Assembly (NCBI GenBank): GCA_951406725.2
Contig: OX597828.1
Location: forward strand, 1,054,001 to 1,118,000
Source of the DNA: Octopus vulgaris
Lineage: Eukaryota
Direction: 5' to 3'
Length of the DNA stretch: 64,000 nucleotides
Shown here in pieces: positions 37,338 through 50,517 of this stretch (its first letter is position 1; every line of letters starts with the position of its first letter). Under the pieces are notes generated by a model that was given only the letters and a program-made list of their open reading frames with translations, did not search any database and was not told the DNA's origin. A program made the translations under genes and the position numbers.

Positions 37338-38622
37338 TTATCTGTGGACGCATCAGATTCTGCAATTGGCGCTGTCTTGCAGCACACCGTAGATGGTGAA
37401 ACTAAACCTTTGGCTTTCTTTTCTTGCCAGCTGCAGCCTGCTGAACGCAGATATAGTACTTTTGATCGTGAGTTACTAGTGATCTGTCAGTTCGGCATTT
37501 TCAGCACCAGCTTGAGGGACGAGAGTTTGTGATTTATACTGATTACAAGCCCCTTACGTTTGCACTATCTTCTAAAACGGATAAACTCTCCCCTCGTACT
37601 TTCCGTCACCTGGATTATATTTCTCAGTTTACAAGTGACATTCGACATGTGCCAGGGAAAGAGGACGTTCCAGCTGATGCTCTCTCTAGGCTCCCTGTCA
37701 ATTCCATTTCCTCTCCTGCAGCAATTGACTTAACTGCTATTTCGCAGGATCAACCACCTTTAGCGGAGTTGAATTTAACTTCGCCCAAGTTTATCAATTG
37801 TAAGTTTGCTTACCGTCTGCTCCCTTCAGCAGAAGGCTCTATTCTTTGTGATGTCTCCACTGGTTCTCCTAGGCAGTTAGTACCTGAGAAACATCAACAT
37901 TCTGTTTTTGATGCTCTTCATTCATTGTCACATCCGGGTATCTCTGCCACATTAAAGCTTGTTACTGCTCAGTTCTTCTGGCCCAATATGTCTTTACCCA
38001 GACACATGTTTTTGTTCGTGATGATTCTGTCAAAGGACCTCTTGTTTCTCCTTATAAAGGACCTTTTCATGTGATTTCCCACACGCCGAAAGTGTTCAAA
38101 CTTGACATTAATGGTCGTTCGGTGACCGTTTCTGTAGATCGTCTTAAAAGGACATATTTTGAATTGTCAACATCTTTTGATGACACCGCTGCTACAACCA
38201 TCGTTGAACCTTCATATGCACTTTTGACAACACCACCATTTACACATGCACCTTTGACAACACCACCATTTACACATGCACCTTTATCAACACCAACATC
38301 GGCAACATCACTTTCATCGTCACAGCCCGCCTCGAACAAACCTATGTTTCGAGGTCAGGCAGAACTGTTCACTGGCCAAAGAAACTTTCAAAGACTATTT
38401 ATATTTGACATTCTCAATTGTGTTCCCAGTGACAGTTACGATACTTATTGAACTTTGTTCATTTGAGTATTTTTTTTCCTTTTGGTGCATTCTTATTTAT
38501 ATTGTAAATTTTGTTTTGATTTGTCATATTGTGTGCCATTTTGGTGATTTGGTAACCACCTTATTTTCTGAAGCCACTACAAGGAATTTTGTTTCGTGCT
38601 TTTGCACTCGAGGGGGAGCCTT

Positions 38623-39130
38623 TGTAGTGACGTCATTTTCCAGTGTGCGCACACGCAACGTCATTCTTCAGTGTGCATGTGCGGAACGTCATTCTTCAGT
38701 GTGCGTGTGCAGGGCTGGAACCTTCTGGAAAAGCCTAAGGAAGTTCCCTCTTGCACATGCGCAAGAGACTGGGGAAGAAAATTCTATCGCGTTCCTTGTT
38801 AGCGTCGTTGACTTGAGACATGGCTATTGAAGAGAAAGGACATGTTAAACGTGTGATCAGCCTATTCTCCTGTCCCAGACGCTTAGGATTTGACCTGCTC
38901 TGTTGCTGCTGAATTTGTTGTAAGAATCTTACAAATGTTAAAGTTCAGCCTTGCTATATCGAACCAAGTGGATACCAATATACCAACGTACTTCTTTTGT
39001 AAATAAGAAAATAAAGAGTTATATATATTTTTAAGGTTGCGTTCTTGTTCCTGACTGGTAGTTTCTGGAAATTAAAGAAAGGAAATTGGTTGCACCCAAA
39101 CAGTGTAAAGAATTAACCAGTTCCATTACA
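38623..39130 (+). repeat. Single 508-bp LTR
   Basis: TGTAGTG...CATTACA inverted termini, PPT 5' of it, PBS 3' of it, AATAAA near 39009. Confidence 0.88.
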
Positions 39131-39940
39131 GTGGTGACCCTGAGTTCTGGTCATAGACCATAGAACACTTAACTAAGATCTAGTTTCTACCGAGTCTGAA
39201 CCAATTAGTCAACCAAAATCTCCGCCACAGTCATCATCCTCTTTGCTTCAATTTTATCGTCATTTTGTCATAGACACAGAGCGTAGCCAAACATATTATG
39301 AAGACGCTATTGTAAACCAACGACAGACATAACGTCACAACCAACATCGTCTCCATCTACAAAAATTCAAGTGTACACAAGATACAGATTCTACTCATGC
39401 TGTAGTGTGAAAATCTCACCACGGAAGAACAGTTGCAGTATATATATCTGGAAGAATAGCTATATCAAGAGAAAAATATGCACAACAAGTGACTCAACTA
39501 ATCTCAGCTCCGAGACACTAATCTTGTATAGAACTCATTATCGTGTACTACATGAACTGGTAAAATAACTCTAACTTCATTTAAACACAAAATGTTGAGA
39601 TTTCTCTCATGCTCTGTTGTATTTGCATAAACATTATTTCTGTACATCTGATGCACGTAAAAAAAAAAAAAATTTTGTTTCAGACGCGATGAAGGTTGGT
39701 AAAGATTAAAAAAAAGAATTTTTTTTCTCTGTGCATACAGCACAAAAAGAAAAAGAAAAAGAAAAAACACATTTTTTTTTGGTAAAATTTACACGTAAAA
39801 AAAATTTATTGGTTCAATTGCTGGTCTTGTTTTAATTTCTATTTCTTTCTGTTCTTTTTTCCATTTGCGTCAGTTCAACTTTTCGTTGTCATTTCCCTTT
39901 CCTTTGACAGAGTCATCTATTTAAATTTAAAAAGAACAAA

Positions 39941-41885
39941 ATGTCTTTGCCATCATTACCCATTTTCACAGGTGATGCTACACTTTGGTTTGCACAACTA
40001 AAGGCATATTTTTGTGCACATAGTGTTTCTTCTGAGCAGCAGTTGCAAATTCTTTATAGTTGTATGCCTCCTCAACTTGCAACTACTGCCAGAGATCTTA
40101 TTACGGATCCTTCTCCAGATGCCACTTATGCGTCTGTTAAATTAGAAGTGGAGAAAAGAAATACTAGAAGAGAGGAAAGTCGCTTCAATGAATTGATGGT
40201 GGATGAAGAGTTGGGAGATAGGACTCCTTCTGAATTTTTGAGATGTTTAAGAGAGTTGAGCAATAAAGCTGCAGACGCTCCTCTGCTTTGTAAAATTTTT
40301 TTTTCAAGGTTGCCCGCCTACATACAAACTGTTTTGGCAACTGCTTTAGAGTCCAATACTGTGGACCAAATAGCGACCATGGCAGACAAAATGGTTGAAT
40401 TTGCCGTGCAACCAACTTCACGTGCTGCTTGTGTCTGCTCGGAAACTTCTGCAAACTCAATTGATGGACTTTCTAAACAAATAGAAAGTCTCACCAAAAG
40501 GATGGACGCGATGGCAAGCAATGGCAAGCGATTTTCAAGATCGTGTAGTCGTGGCCGTTCATCATCTCCTTCCACACAGTCAAAGTTCGGACTGTGTTGG
40601 TATCACTCCAAATTTGGAGAGAAAGCACATAAGTGCATACAGCCATGCACCTATAAAAGATTTAAACTAGCTTTGGAGGAGTTGAGCACATCAACTTCCT
40701 CCACATTGTTTTCTAGTTATCGTGCATTTTTCGTTAAGGATCTAGTGTCGAAGAAATACTTCATGGTGGACACTGGTTCTTGTTGCAGCATTTGGCCTCT
40801 GCGTCTCACAACCGACAGGCCAAAACGATCTAATGTTACCTTGCACGCTATTGACTCGTCACCAATAGCCACATTCGGTCAGATCTCTTTACGCCTCGAC
40901 ATAAATCTTCGTCGAGATTTTCAGTGGGTTTTTGTCATTGCTGACATTCCGCATCCTATTTTAGGTGCGGATTTTCTAAATAACTATGATCTATTGGTAG
41001 ATGTCAGACGTCGGAGGTTAGTCGACAGTTCGACTACACTCTCCACGCCGACCAGAGAATCTACCGATTCAGCTCTTAGCCCGACATTTTTTGTTGCTAC
41101 TTCTGGAGATGGTTTTCATTCTCTTTTGGCTTCTTTTCCAGAGCTACTTGATATTACTTTTAAAATGGCAAAACCCATACACTCGACACTCCATTACATT
41201 ACAACTACTGGGTCGCCTGTTTTTTCGCGCCCACGGCGTCTTGCACCTGACCATCTTAAAACAGCTAGGGCTGAGTTTGAGCATATGCTCCAGCTTGGTC
41301 TGATACGCCCATCCACCAGTCTATGGGCATCATCCCTTCATTTACTTCGGAAAGGGGATACAGATTTTCGCCCGGTGGGAGATTATCGGCGTCTAAATTC
41401 TGTGACGATTCCTGACAGATATCCAATTAGGAATCTTAATGACTTTTCAGCGAATCTTCATGGCTGTACCATTTTTTCTAAGGTTGACCTCATACATGCT
41501 TATCATCAAATACCGGTCAACCCAGACAATGTTCCTAAAACGGCAATTACCACTCCTTTTGGTTGTTTCGAATTTCTATAAATGAGTTTTTGGTTTGCGG
41601 AACGCCACTAGTACGTTCCAACGTTTTATAGATGAAGTTGTTCGTGGACTTGATTTTGTTTTTGCGTATGTCGATGATATCCTCATCGCAAGTGATACGC
41701 ATGAAAATCATCTCCAGCACTTGTCTCAGCTTTTTCAGCGTCTTCACGACTATGGTGTTCGCATTAATCCAGACAAGTGTGTTTTTGGGCAATCATCTCT
41801 TGAATTTCTCGGTCATTGTATTGATTCAAGTGGAATCAAACCTCTCTCGTCTAAAGTTGATGCAATTCAGCGCATCGCACCACCA
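39941..41885 (+). pseudogene. gag-protease-RT reading frame (546-aa open stretch, then stop/frameshift, truncated after RT)
   Basis: ORF track 39941-41581 and 41595 onward; LGDRTPSEFLR, DTGS, PILGADFL, GDYRRLN, TPFG, YVDD. Confidence 0.9.
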
Positions 41886-44203
41886 TACCTTGCAAAAAGT
41901 GTAGAAAATTCACTGTTACTGTGGAGGTTAGTGTTCTACATTTACACATTTCTGGCCATTTTGTAAAGGTATCTACCACTATTAAATAATACGATCCATT
42001 TAATGATCCTGCACAAATTATGTGTAATCTGGTCCATGGAATATCAGTCTTAGGCTAAGTTTGAAATTTTATAGGTGGTGATTTTGCTGCAAGAGCACAA
42101 CTTAGCAGCAGGATTTTACTAACTTCTCAGTGTCTAGGTCCATTTTCAGCCAGTAAACATAACTCCTCATAAGTGACTTCATCCTAGAAATTCCTGGATG
42201 TCCAGTATGGAATTCCTTTAACATTCGATTTTGTAGTGAGAGAGGCATTACAAACCTCTGTGCGTACACAAGCACATTATCACATATCAAATATAAGTTC
42301 AAAACTGTGTTACATCCAGCAACATGTATTTTTATAGTTGTCTTCTGATCTTGCTATTTTTTTCATTTTCATGATAAACTCATCTGTCTCTGCCTTAATT
42401 TTTATTTTCTCTAAAGTCACAAGCAATTTATACACAAAGTTGCACAATATACTTTTTATTTCATTTTTGCCTCTTAGTACTGCTATCACTGTGAGTTATA
42501 GTGGTTCACTGTATTTTGGTATTAACTTCAACAAGCCATCTGCACGTCATGATTTTTTAGATGGCAAATATTCCACCTTGAAATTATAATTCAGTAGGAT
42601 CGTTCCCAGCACTGCAATCTGTTGGCTGTATGTGTGAGAATACCTTTTTTTGATCCATAAATCAACAATAATAGGCAATGATGTGTCTGCAAACGGAACC
42701 TTCTTCCATGTATGAATTTATGGAATTTCTTTACTGGAAATATAATGGCTAGTGCTTCCTTCTCTATTTGACTAACTTTTCTAAGCCAGCAGTAATGAAG
42801 ATGAAGCATGAGCTACATTTTTCACACTACCATCTTTATATTTGTGAAAATCACAGCTCCAATACCACTTTCACTAGCATATGCTGCCACTACTATTTCT
42901 AAATTCAGGTCAAAATGTGATAATGACAATTCCGATGTTAAGACGTTTTTTAATTTCTTCAAAAGCTTTTTGGCATATGTCTGACATGCTCTTAAATCAT
43001 GCATATTTGGTATGCATACCTGGTAGTAATTTGCAAGCCCCCAAAATGCTTGTAACATTGTAATGTTTGTTGGGGAAGGCATATTTTTTATTGCACTCGT
43101 CCTCGATGGGTCTGGTCTACATCTATTTTCATCGATAATCTGTCCTAGATATTTCATTCTTGGCATAAAAAATTCACACTTTTCCTTGCTGAGCTTAAAA
43201 CCATAATCTTTTCTTCTCTCGAAGACCTTTTTAACTTGCTCGGCATGCTGACCACAAGATTCACTTTTTATATGTCATCAAGGTAAGCTATTGTGAAATC
43301 CGAACCTGTGAGCATAGTGTCCATAACTTGTTAGAAAATAACTGGTGCTACCTTTATACCAAAAGGAAGTTGATTAAATTTGTACAGTCCTTTATGGGTA
43401 TTTATCATTAGTAATTTTGAACATTGCTCATCAACTTCTACCTGTAGCTATACTTCAGATAGGTCCAACTTTTAAAACAATTTACCTCCATTCAAATTCA
43501 CGAAAATTTCTTCCAGACTTGGCAACGGGTAATTATATGGCATCAAACATTCATTTAACCCTGTTGAAAAATCAGCACATACACAGATTTTATTATTTTT
43601 TGTCTTGACATAAACTGTTGCGGATACCCATTCAGTGTAATATATTTTTTCAAGCCTGTCCAATTTTTAGTTCACTTGTTTTAATGCAGCAAAAGCTATA
43701 TTCCTGTGATTTAAATACTAGTATAGAATTTTATTTTACTTGAAACTTCGCCTTTGTTTTGGTGCAAAGACTTAATTCATCAGAAAAAACTTCACAAAAA
43801 AACTTTTTTTAATTCTTCCAATGCCTTATTTGCACTGGTGGAAAAAAACATTCACATTTTTACAAAACAAATTTATGGGGCGGTCCCATAAATTAAATAA
43901 TGCTATCCAGTCTGTTCCAAATATATCTGTCATATTATTCAGCACAAAACTTTGGCTTTTAAAGTTTTTTCACAAAATGTAACATCACTTATTTTGCCCT
44001 TAAAATGCAATTTTTTCCTGAAACACCATGTGCAATTTTCAAAGTTTCTTTCAACCTAGAGTTTCTGATTTTACTTCATGTATCTGTGTTAATTATCCTA
44101 ATATCACTGTCTATATCCAATTGTAACTTGATATTCACATTATTCATTTTTACAAGCACAAATTTTCTTTTCTGAGCCTCACTTTGATTTTTTGTTGACA
44201 ATA

Positions 44204-46368
44204 TTCTGCAAGAAAGAGGCCTGGAAATGCCATTATGAAAGACTGCTGAACATGGAGAATAAATAGGAAGAGGAGAGTCAACCAAATGTTGACCCAACAG
44301 AGGGACCAGCTACTCAAATCGATAGGATATGAAGACAGGGAAAGCTTCCAGTCCATCAGGAATCACCACTGAGATGCTTAAAATATCTGACAGTGTGGGT
44401 TATGGTCTAGTCACCTGTATTGAAAATCAGGTGTTCCATGAAGGACCAGTGTCGCAGCACCATAGTCAACTGCTACAAAGGTAAAGGTGATGCCTTATAT
44501 AGAAATAATTACAGGGGTATCAAATTGTAGCATCAGGTGATGAAAGTTATGGAGAAAGTCATAGCCCAACTAATTAGGGAGAGAGTCTGCTTAGATGAGA
44601 TGCAGTTTGGTTTCGTGCCAGGGAGAAGCACCTCTGATGCTATATTTCTGGTGAGATAGCTGCAGGAGAAATACCTAGCAAAAGATAAACCTCTGTACTT
44701 GGCCTTTGTTGTCTTGGAGAAAGCCTTTGACAGGGTCCTCCGATCCTTTATCTGGTGGTCAGTGCGGAAAATAGGGATAGACGAGTGGTTGGTTAGAACT
44801 GTACAAGCCATGTACAGGAATGCTGCCAGTAAGGTGAGGGTTGGCAGTAAGTACAGCAAAGAATTCAGGGTACAAGTAGAGGTTCACCAAAGATAGGTGC
44901 TCAGCCTCCTCTTGTTCATCATAGTATTCATGGCAATAACAGACGAATTTAAGAGAGGTTGCCCATGGGAGCTCCTCTATGTTGATGACATTGCTCTTAT
45001 AGCTGAATCACTACCAGAATTAGAGAAAAAATCTCAGGTATGTATGGAAGCAAGGTCTAGAATCAAAAGGCCTTAGAGTTAATCTAGCAAAAACCAAAGT
45101 CTTAGTAAGTAGGAAGGGAGACAAATCACAAATCCCTTCAGGTAGATGGCCCTGCTTGATCTGTAGAAAAGGCATAGGTAGAAACTCCATAAGATGCATC
45201 CAGTGTAATCAGGTGCAGCAATATCAGAGGAAGGTCAACAAGGGAACTAGCTATTGTATGTGGAAGATGCACAAGTACAATAAATGTTGAAAATGTGCAG
45301 AAAATAGACTCCCTCCACTGCCTGGTGGACAAAGCTAGAGGTATTAGATAGCTTCCGTTATCGCGGTAAACCAAGTTAGTAGTTAGTGTGGGGCTCTGAG
45401 AGTGTAGCTTTGAGAATAAGATCAGGCTGGACAAAGTCCAGAGAGCTCCTATCTCTGCTGGTAACAAAGGTCCTCTCTCACTCAGAGTGAAAGGAAGACT
45501 GTATGATGCCTGTGTGCAAAAACAGCTATGCTGCATGGCAGTAAAATATAGGCTGTGACAGCCGAGGACATGCATTGGCTTGAAAGAAATGGTTGAGGTA
45601 AACCCAGGAAGACATGGGATGAGGTAGTGAAGCATAACCTTCGAACTTTGAACCTCACAGAGGCAATGACTAGTGACTGAGGCCCTTGGCAATGTGCTCT
45701 GCTTAAGAGCTGGTGGCACATAAAAATCAACCTTTGAACATCATGCCTTTGGCAATATGCTGTGCCTGAGAAAACCGGTCAAGTGAAATCATAGTCATGG
45801 TTGATGTTGGTGTCACATAAGTAGCACCCATGCCAGTGGCACATAAAGAGTACTGTTGGAACATTGGGCCTCACAGAGGAAAAGTGACTGAGTTCCTTTC
45901 AAGCATTGGGCCTCACGGAGGCAAAGTGGCCATGTTCCTTTCAAATGTTAGGCCTCATAGAAGTAAAATGGCTGAGTTCCTTTCGAGTGTTGAGCCTAAC
46001 AGAGGCAAAGTGGCCAAGTTCCTTTTGAGCATTGGGCCTCATGGAAGCAAAGTGGGTGAGTTTCTTTTGAGTGTTGGGCCTCACAGAGGCAATGACTGAC
46101 ACCTCTGGCATTATGTCGTGCTTGAGAAGAAGATTCATCAAGCCAAGCAAAATTGCACTCATGGCAGATAGCAATGTCATGCTGGTGGCTTGTAAAAGCA
46201 CCCATTACACTCTCAGAGTGGTTGGTGTTAGGAAGGGCATCCAGCCATAGAAAACCATGCCAAATCAGACTGGAGTCTGGTGCAGCCTTCCAGCTTGCTA
46301 GCCCTGGTCAAATCATCCAACCCATGCCAGCCTGGACAATGAATGTTAAATGATGACGATGATGATGA
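44204..46368 (+). mobile_element. 5'-truncated RTE LINE nested in the Mag element
   Basis: LEKAFDRV, ELLYVDD, WPCLICRKG; (GAT)n tail near 46351. Confidence 0.9.
45860..46100 (+). repeat. 42-bp minisatellite (~5.5 copies) in the RTE 3'UTR
   Basis: Equivalent unit positions at 45863, 45905, 45947, 45989, 46031, 46073. Confidence 0.9.
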
Positions 46369-46868
46369 AGAAGAATACTTTCTTGCCAGAATTTTTTTCA
46401 TTTCGCTCTACAATGTGAGATTATATGTCCGATTTTTGCACACTCAAAGCATTTCAGATTTTTAAAAACACAGTTACATTTAAAATGTAAGCCTCCACAC
46501 CTACAGCATGGATTGGGTCTTCATATTTGTTTTCCTTTTTTCTTATCCGTTACAGGTCAACATGCATGCATATGAGACCAATCTTTTTCTTCAACTTCAT
46601 CCGTGCTATGTCTTAAATTTACAATCATCTGGCATTCCTCTGTTAATTTTTGGTTCGGTTCTAATTTTGTTAATATACAGGAATGTATATATGCTTTCTG
46701 TTAGCCCTTGAACAAAAATCAGACACTGGAACACGTCAAGGATTAATTCATTTGATTTGAATTTTTTACATTGTTTACAATCCCAGCAGAGGTGACAAAA
46801 TCTTTATCATCTTTTTTCACCAAATTTAAACTCTGCCAGCAAGTACTGAACAGGGAACTTCTTTCACT

Positions 46869-47654
46869 TGTAGCAAGTCATAAAAAGTGGCAATATGACG
46901 TAATGGTCGTTTGCCCAAACAAGCATAATTGTTGGTAATTCCATTGGTTAAAATTACTGCCCATATTTGAATTCTAAACTTTCATCAAAGAGAATTCTTT
47001 CACGAAATACAGTTCTTAGAATTCAGGTATGAGCAGTTATAAAAACCCTGATTTTGGGGAAATTAATCAGTGATCGTTGGATGTTACTAAACTCCACGAC
47101 ACTCACTCATTGAAATATTGGCTATTTTTTATGCCATTTCTATGATAAAAATCCAACAAGACTTATTTGAATTGTTGTGAACTCTAGTAGTTAGAATGAA
47201 GGATTAGCTAGTGTGAACTTTAAATCATAATTCTCTACGACAAAATGACTTTAATTTCCAATTGTACTATAAATACTAAATGTACAAAAATAAACTAATG
47301 TGGTAATTATTTTCTCTTTCTTCGTGTTCTTCAACTTGTTAATGAAATTTATTTCTGCAATTATGAAACTGTGTATTTTTTATAGCAGTTAAAAGAACAC
47401 GAATTTATTTATATTCAACATACATGCATGCATAAAATGTCTGTTAGCATTTCAAAGTATATAATTCTCACTATGGCGTTTATGTAGCTGGAGTCAGGAT
47501 TTATATATAATGATAACACTAATAAGTAAGTTATAAGTGACGTGTTTATCAATATATATTCCTACTTCAAAAGTAAAATATATTTATTATCTAATTCCAA
47601 ATAGGAAACATATAAAAATAGTGTTACACAAACAGTAACCAAACCAGCTATAAA
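46869..47654. other. Unclassified AT-rich insertion splitting the Mag gag
   Basis: gag is contiguous across this point in the 36745-37337 copy; cact occurs on both sides; starts TGTAGC. Confidence 0.45.
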
Positions 47655-49432
47655 ACACTGAAAATTTTTGATAAAATGTTAATTGTTTCACCGAAACAAA
47701 TCTCACCTGGTTTCTTCAGCAGAATATAATTACAGTATTTTTCATGTTTGGCAGGGGATAACTTTCTTAAAAGTAGTCACACTTTTTTCTCATCAGTCCA
47801 ACTGCTACATTCTTCTTTGAAGATTTCTTCGCATTTTTGAAAATATGCAGAGAAAGTTATACCTTCTTCTGGATTATAAACAAACTCTCCAATCAAGTTC
47901 ACCATGGCGTCCAGTATGAACAACCCTGAAGTACTTTCAGATTTCTTCAACATGTTGCTGTTACAACTGCACCATACAAGCTAATAAATACTCCATGTTA
48001 ACGATTTTTTTCTTTGGTTTCATACCAAAAAATTCACCTGTTCAAAGCAAACTTTGAATATCTCATTGCCACTTTTATATCCTTTATTGCAGATATATGA
48101 TTTTAACAAAGTGGGGGTAAAGCAATGTATTCACAGACATAAATTCCAACTACCAATACACAAGACTCCAATGCCTTCTTCCTTGCCTCAACAAGACACA
48201 TTACTCTTATAAGTGTTTGATGAGTCCACCTTTTAATCACACAGGGGTGTTAATGCTTATCACCACAACAGGGGGGTGGTATTAATTTACTGGGAAACAG
48301 GTAAGAGTTGATAAGAAAAGCATCCAGTAACAAAAAATCTGCCCACACAAATTCCATCCAACTCATGCAAGCACACACAAATGGGTGTTAAAATTATGAT
48401 GACGATGATGCTTACATGGTAGTGATTGTAGTAAATGTGCTGATTCATAAAATAAATTTTAATCTGGCAAAAATCCTATATTTGAACCAGAACAGATACC
48501 TGAACAGTTGTGCGATTCTGTCTCCTTTGTTAGGCTATGAAAACTAACGTCGAATTGTTAAACATTTGTTTTTTTCATATTAGCATTGACTGTGTGCAAA
48601 TTCATATCTCAGTTCTGAATTTTTTGAAATGGTCTTACAACAGATTTCATGTGTCTATTCAGTTATACAAAAAAAAGAATTGTTTTTCCCAGATTAATTG
48701 AAGAAAGTTTGCACTGAGCATTTACAAGTCATTCAATAGCTGAAAATATAGAATTAGAAGGGAGAATTTGACTAACACTGTAGGAAACAAAATTCTTGAA
48801 CTGCTGCTAAAAACCTTTGATTTCAAGAAATCTGGACAGATAACTGTCTGCTGGCAACATTAAACAGATCTGCTGGCAACATTAAAGCATTTAAAACTGT
48901 CATCTTCTCATTTAGATGAGAATGGCTCAATAGAAGAGAATCAAACTAATAAAAAAATTAAGAAACTGGGCAGTTTAAAATGATGAGATATTTCATTATA
49001 TATAAATTCATTAGAATAGATAGATACATCTGCAGTTCCATTTTGAACCAAATGACCTATGAAATTTATTACTTAAACAAAAAAATAGTTTTTGTTATTA
49101 TTTAAACTGTATGACCTAATCCATATTAACAGTGCAAACTAACGTAGGTTTTTTTTTTTTATTTGCAAGATAAAGTAATCCTATCAATACTACAGCCAAA
49201 TCTGCTGGAAGTCAAATAGACACAATCTTTCACAATGCTAAAAGAATTTGTTTCTCTACTACCAGAACAACTATTTAAATACAAAAATTCTTTTGCAATT
49301 GCTCACACAGATTTACAGAAATCTTAAAACAAAGGACATTTTAAAATATGAATTTAAAAAATCTTTTAATTACAGTGAAAATTCTGATCTAAAGAAGAAA
49401 ATGTAACACAGCTAGAAATGCTCTTAACTCAC

Positions 49433-49548
49433 GATAAAATGTCTCCATCAATATGCAATCTTTCACTCTGTACACGTCGTGGAGGTAAGATGGGGGCATT
49501 CCTTGGTGGTGGATGACACCGGAGATTTTCAAAGATAACTTCTTCCAT
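49433..49548 (-). CDS. SPRYD3: SPRY domain-containing protein 3, first coding exon (MEEVIFENLRCHPPPRNAPILPPRRVQSERLHIDGDILS)
   Basis: Acceptor ttttttgcag ends at 49577; 28-nt 5'UTR has an in-frame TAG before the ATG at 49548; donor GTGAGT at 49432. Terminal TC joins G of the next exon (Ser). HIDGDILSY resembles vertebrate SPRYD3 LVDGDTLSY (from memory). The ORF track shows a different frame here. Confidence 0.8.
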
Positions 49549-50517
49549 TTTACAACTTGGCAGTACCTCCTACTTCCTGCAAAAAAGAAGCATGCTTTAT
49601 GAAAGAAAAACAACTTAAAAACTATCTGATATATTAGAAATGAGATAAATAGAGGTATATAGATTGAAAATTAGGCTAAGGATTATTTGCCTGTGGGTTT
49701 GATTCCCAAAACCATGGGAAAAAGAACCATGTATCACTTCATTGGGCAGGGAATTTCACATTGCCTCAAGTCACTCAAGTGAAAAGGGTGAATAGGTGTT
49801 TACAACTGCAAGAACTGCAACAAGAACATAAATTCCGTGAAGAGAAAAATCACCTATACACAATTGCTGAAAGACCAAGGAAAACATAGGAAATATTAGC
49901 CTAATTAGTTGGAAGACTCAAGACACATATATGTGTGTATATATAAAATGACAAAAAGAATGGAGTGAGCAAGTTATTTCACTACTTCGATTTACATATT
50001 GTTTTATCTTAATTCAATGCACTCTATCTTACAATACAATGTAATAATACATGCAACTATTAATCACATTCCAGGTGTCATTCAGAATTGTGTATAAAAT
50101 AATATACTGAACTAACTTAAAGAACATTGAATATACACACATTTCGAGTTGGATGTATTCATATGATCATGTTTACATAATACAAACAAATCAGTGAGGA
50201 AACTTAAATTGGTCAAAGGAAAAACTCTTTTTAGTTCAGCTGTGATAATTAATCATCAGTTGGTTATCAATTCTGATATTCGCAACAAGATTTTATAGCT
50301 GTTTGTCTCATTAAATAAATGTTTCATGTTTTTACGACCCAATAAAGGGTATTTTGTTGAATAAGTTAGTAGACAAATATCTGGACATTAGGCTTAGATT
50401 TTATCTGTTTAGATGTATCATCAGCCATCACTACAGTGATTAACCATTCACTCACATACACACAGTGATACATATTCACAGATATGGGCATTAGCATACT
50501 TGTTCTGTCTTTCATAA

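Larger units (their letters stand above)
37337..41885 (+). mobile_element. CsRn1-type Gypsy element in permuted order RNaseH-IN-LTR-PBS-gag-PR-RT
   Basis: VDASDSAIGAVL..YSTFDRELL, HPGI..WPNM, YKGPF, PPT agggggag, single LTR, PBS TGGTGACCC, gag CWYHSKFG..AHKC..PC, VDTGS, YVDD. Confidence 0.9.
41881..48270 (-). mobile_element. Decayed Mag-type Gypsy element (5' LTR ~48073-48270), 3'-truncated in integrase, with nested insertions
   Basis: Minus-strand LTR termini TGTTGTGG...GATATAAAA resemble those at 2666; PBS-like gtggcaatgaga; gag ~47650-47995 and ~46500-46868; RT CADFSTGLN, YLGQII; RNase H SQIEKEALAIIF; IN FHTGHPGISRMKSLMRSYVYW. Confidence 0.82.

Noticed and set aside
45860-46100. CRISPR-like periodicity
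   Set aside because: Contiguous degenerate 42-bp units with no unique spacers, inside a LINE 3'UTR.
49389-49613. ORF-track 74-aa protein MFFFHKAC...
   Set aside because: Wrong frame; the splice-consistent SPRYD3 frame is 49433-49548.
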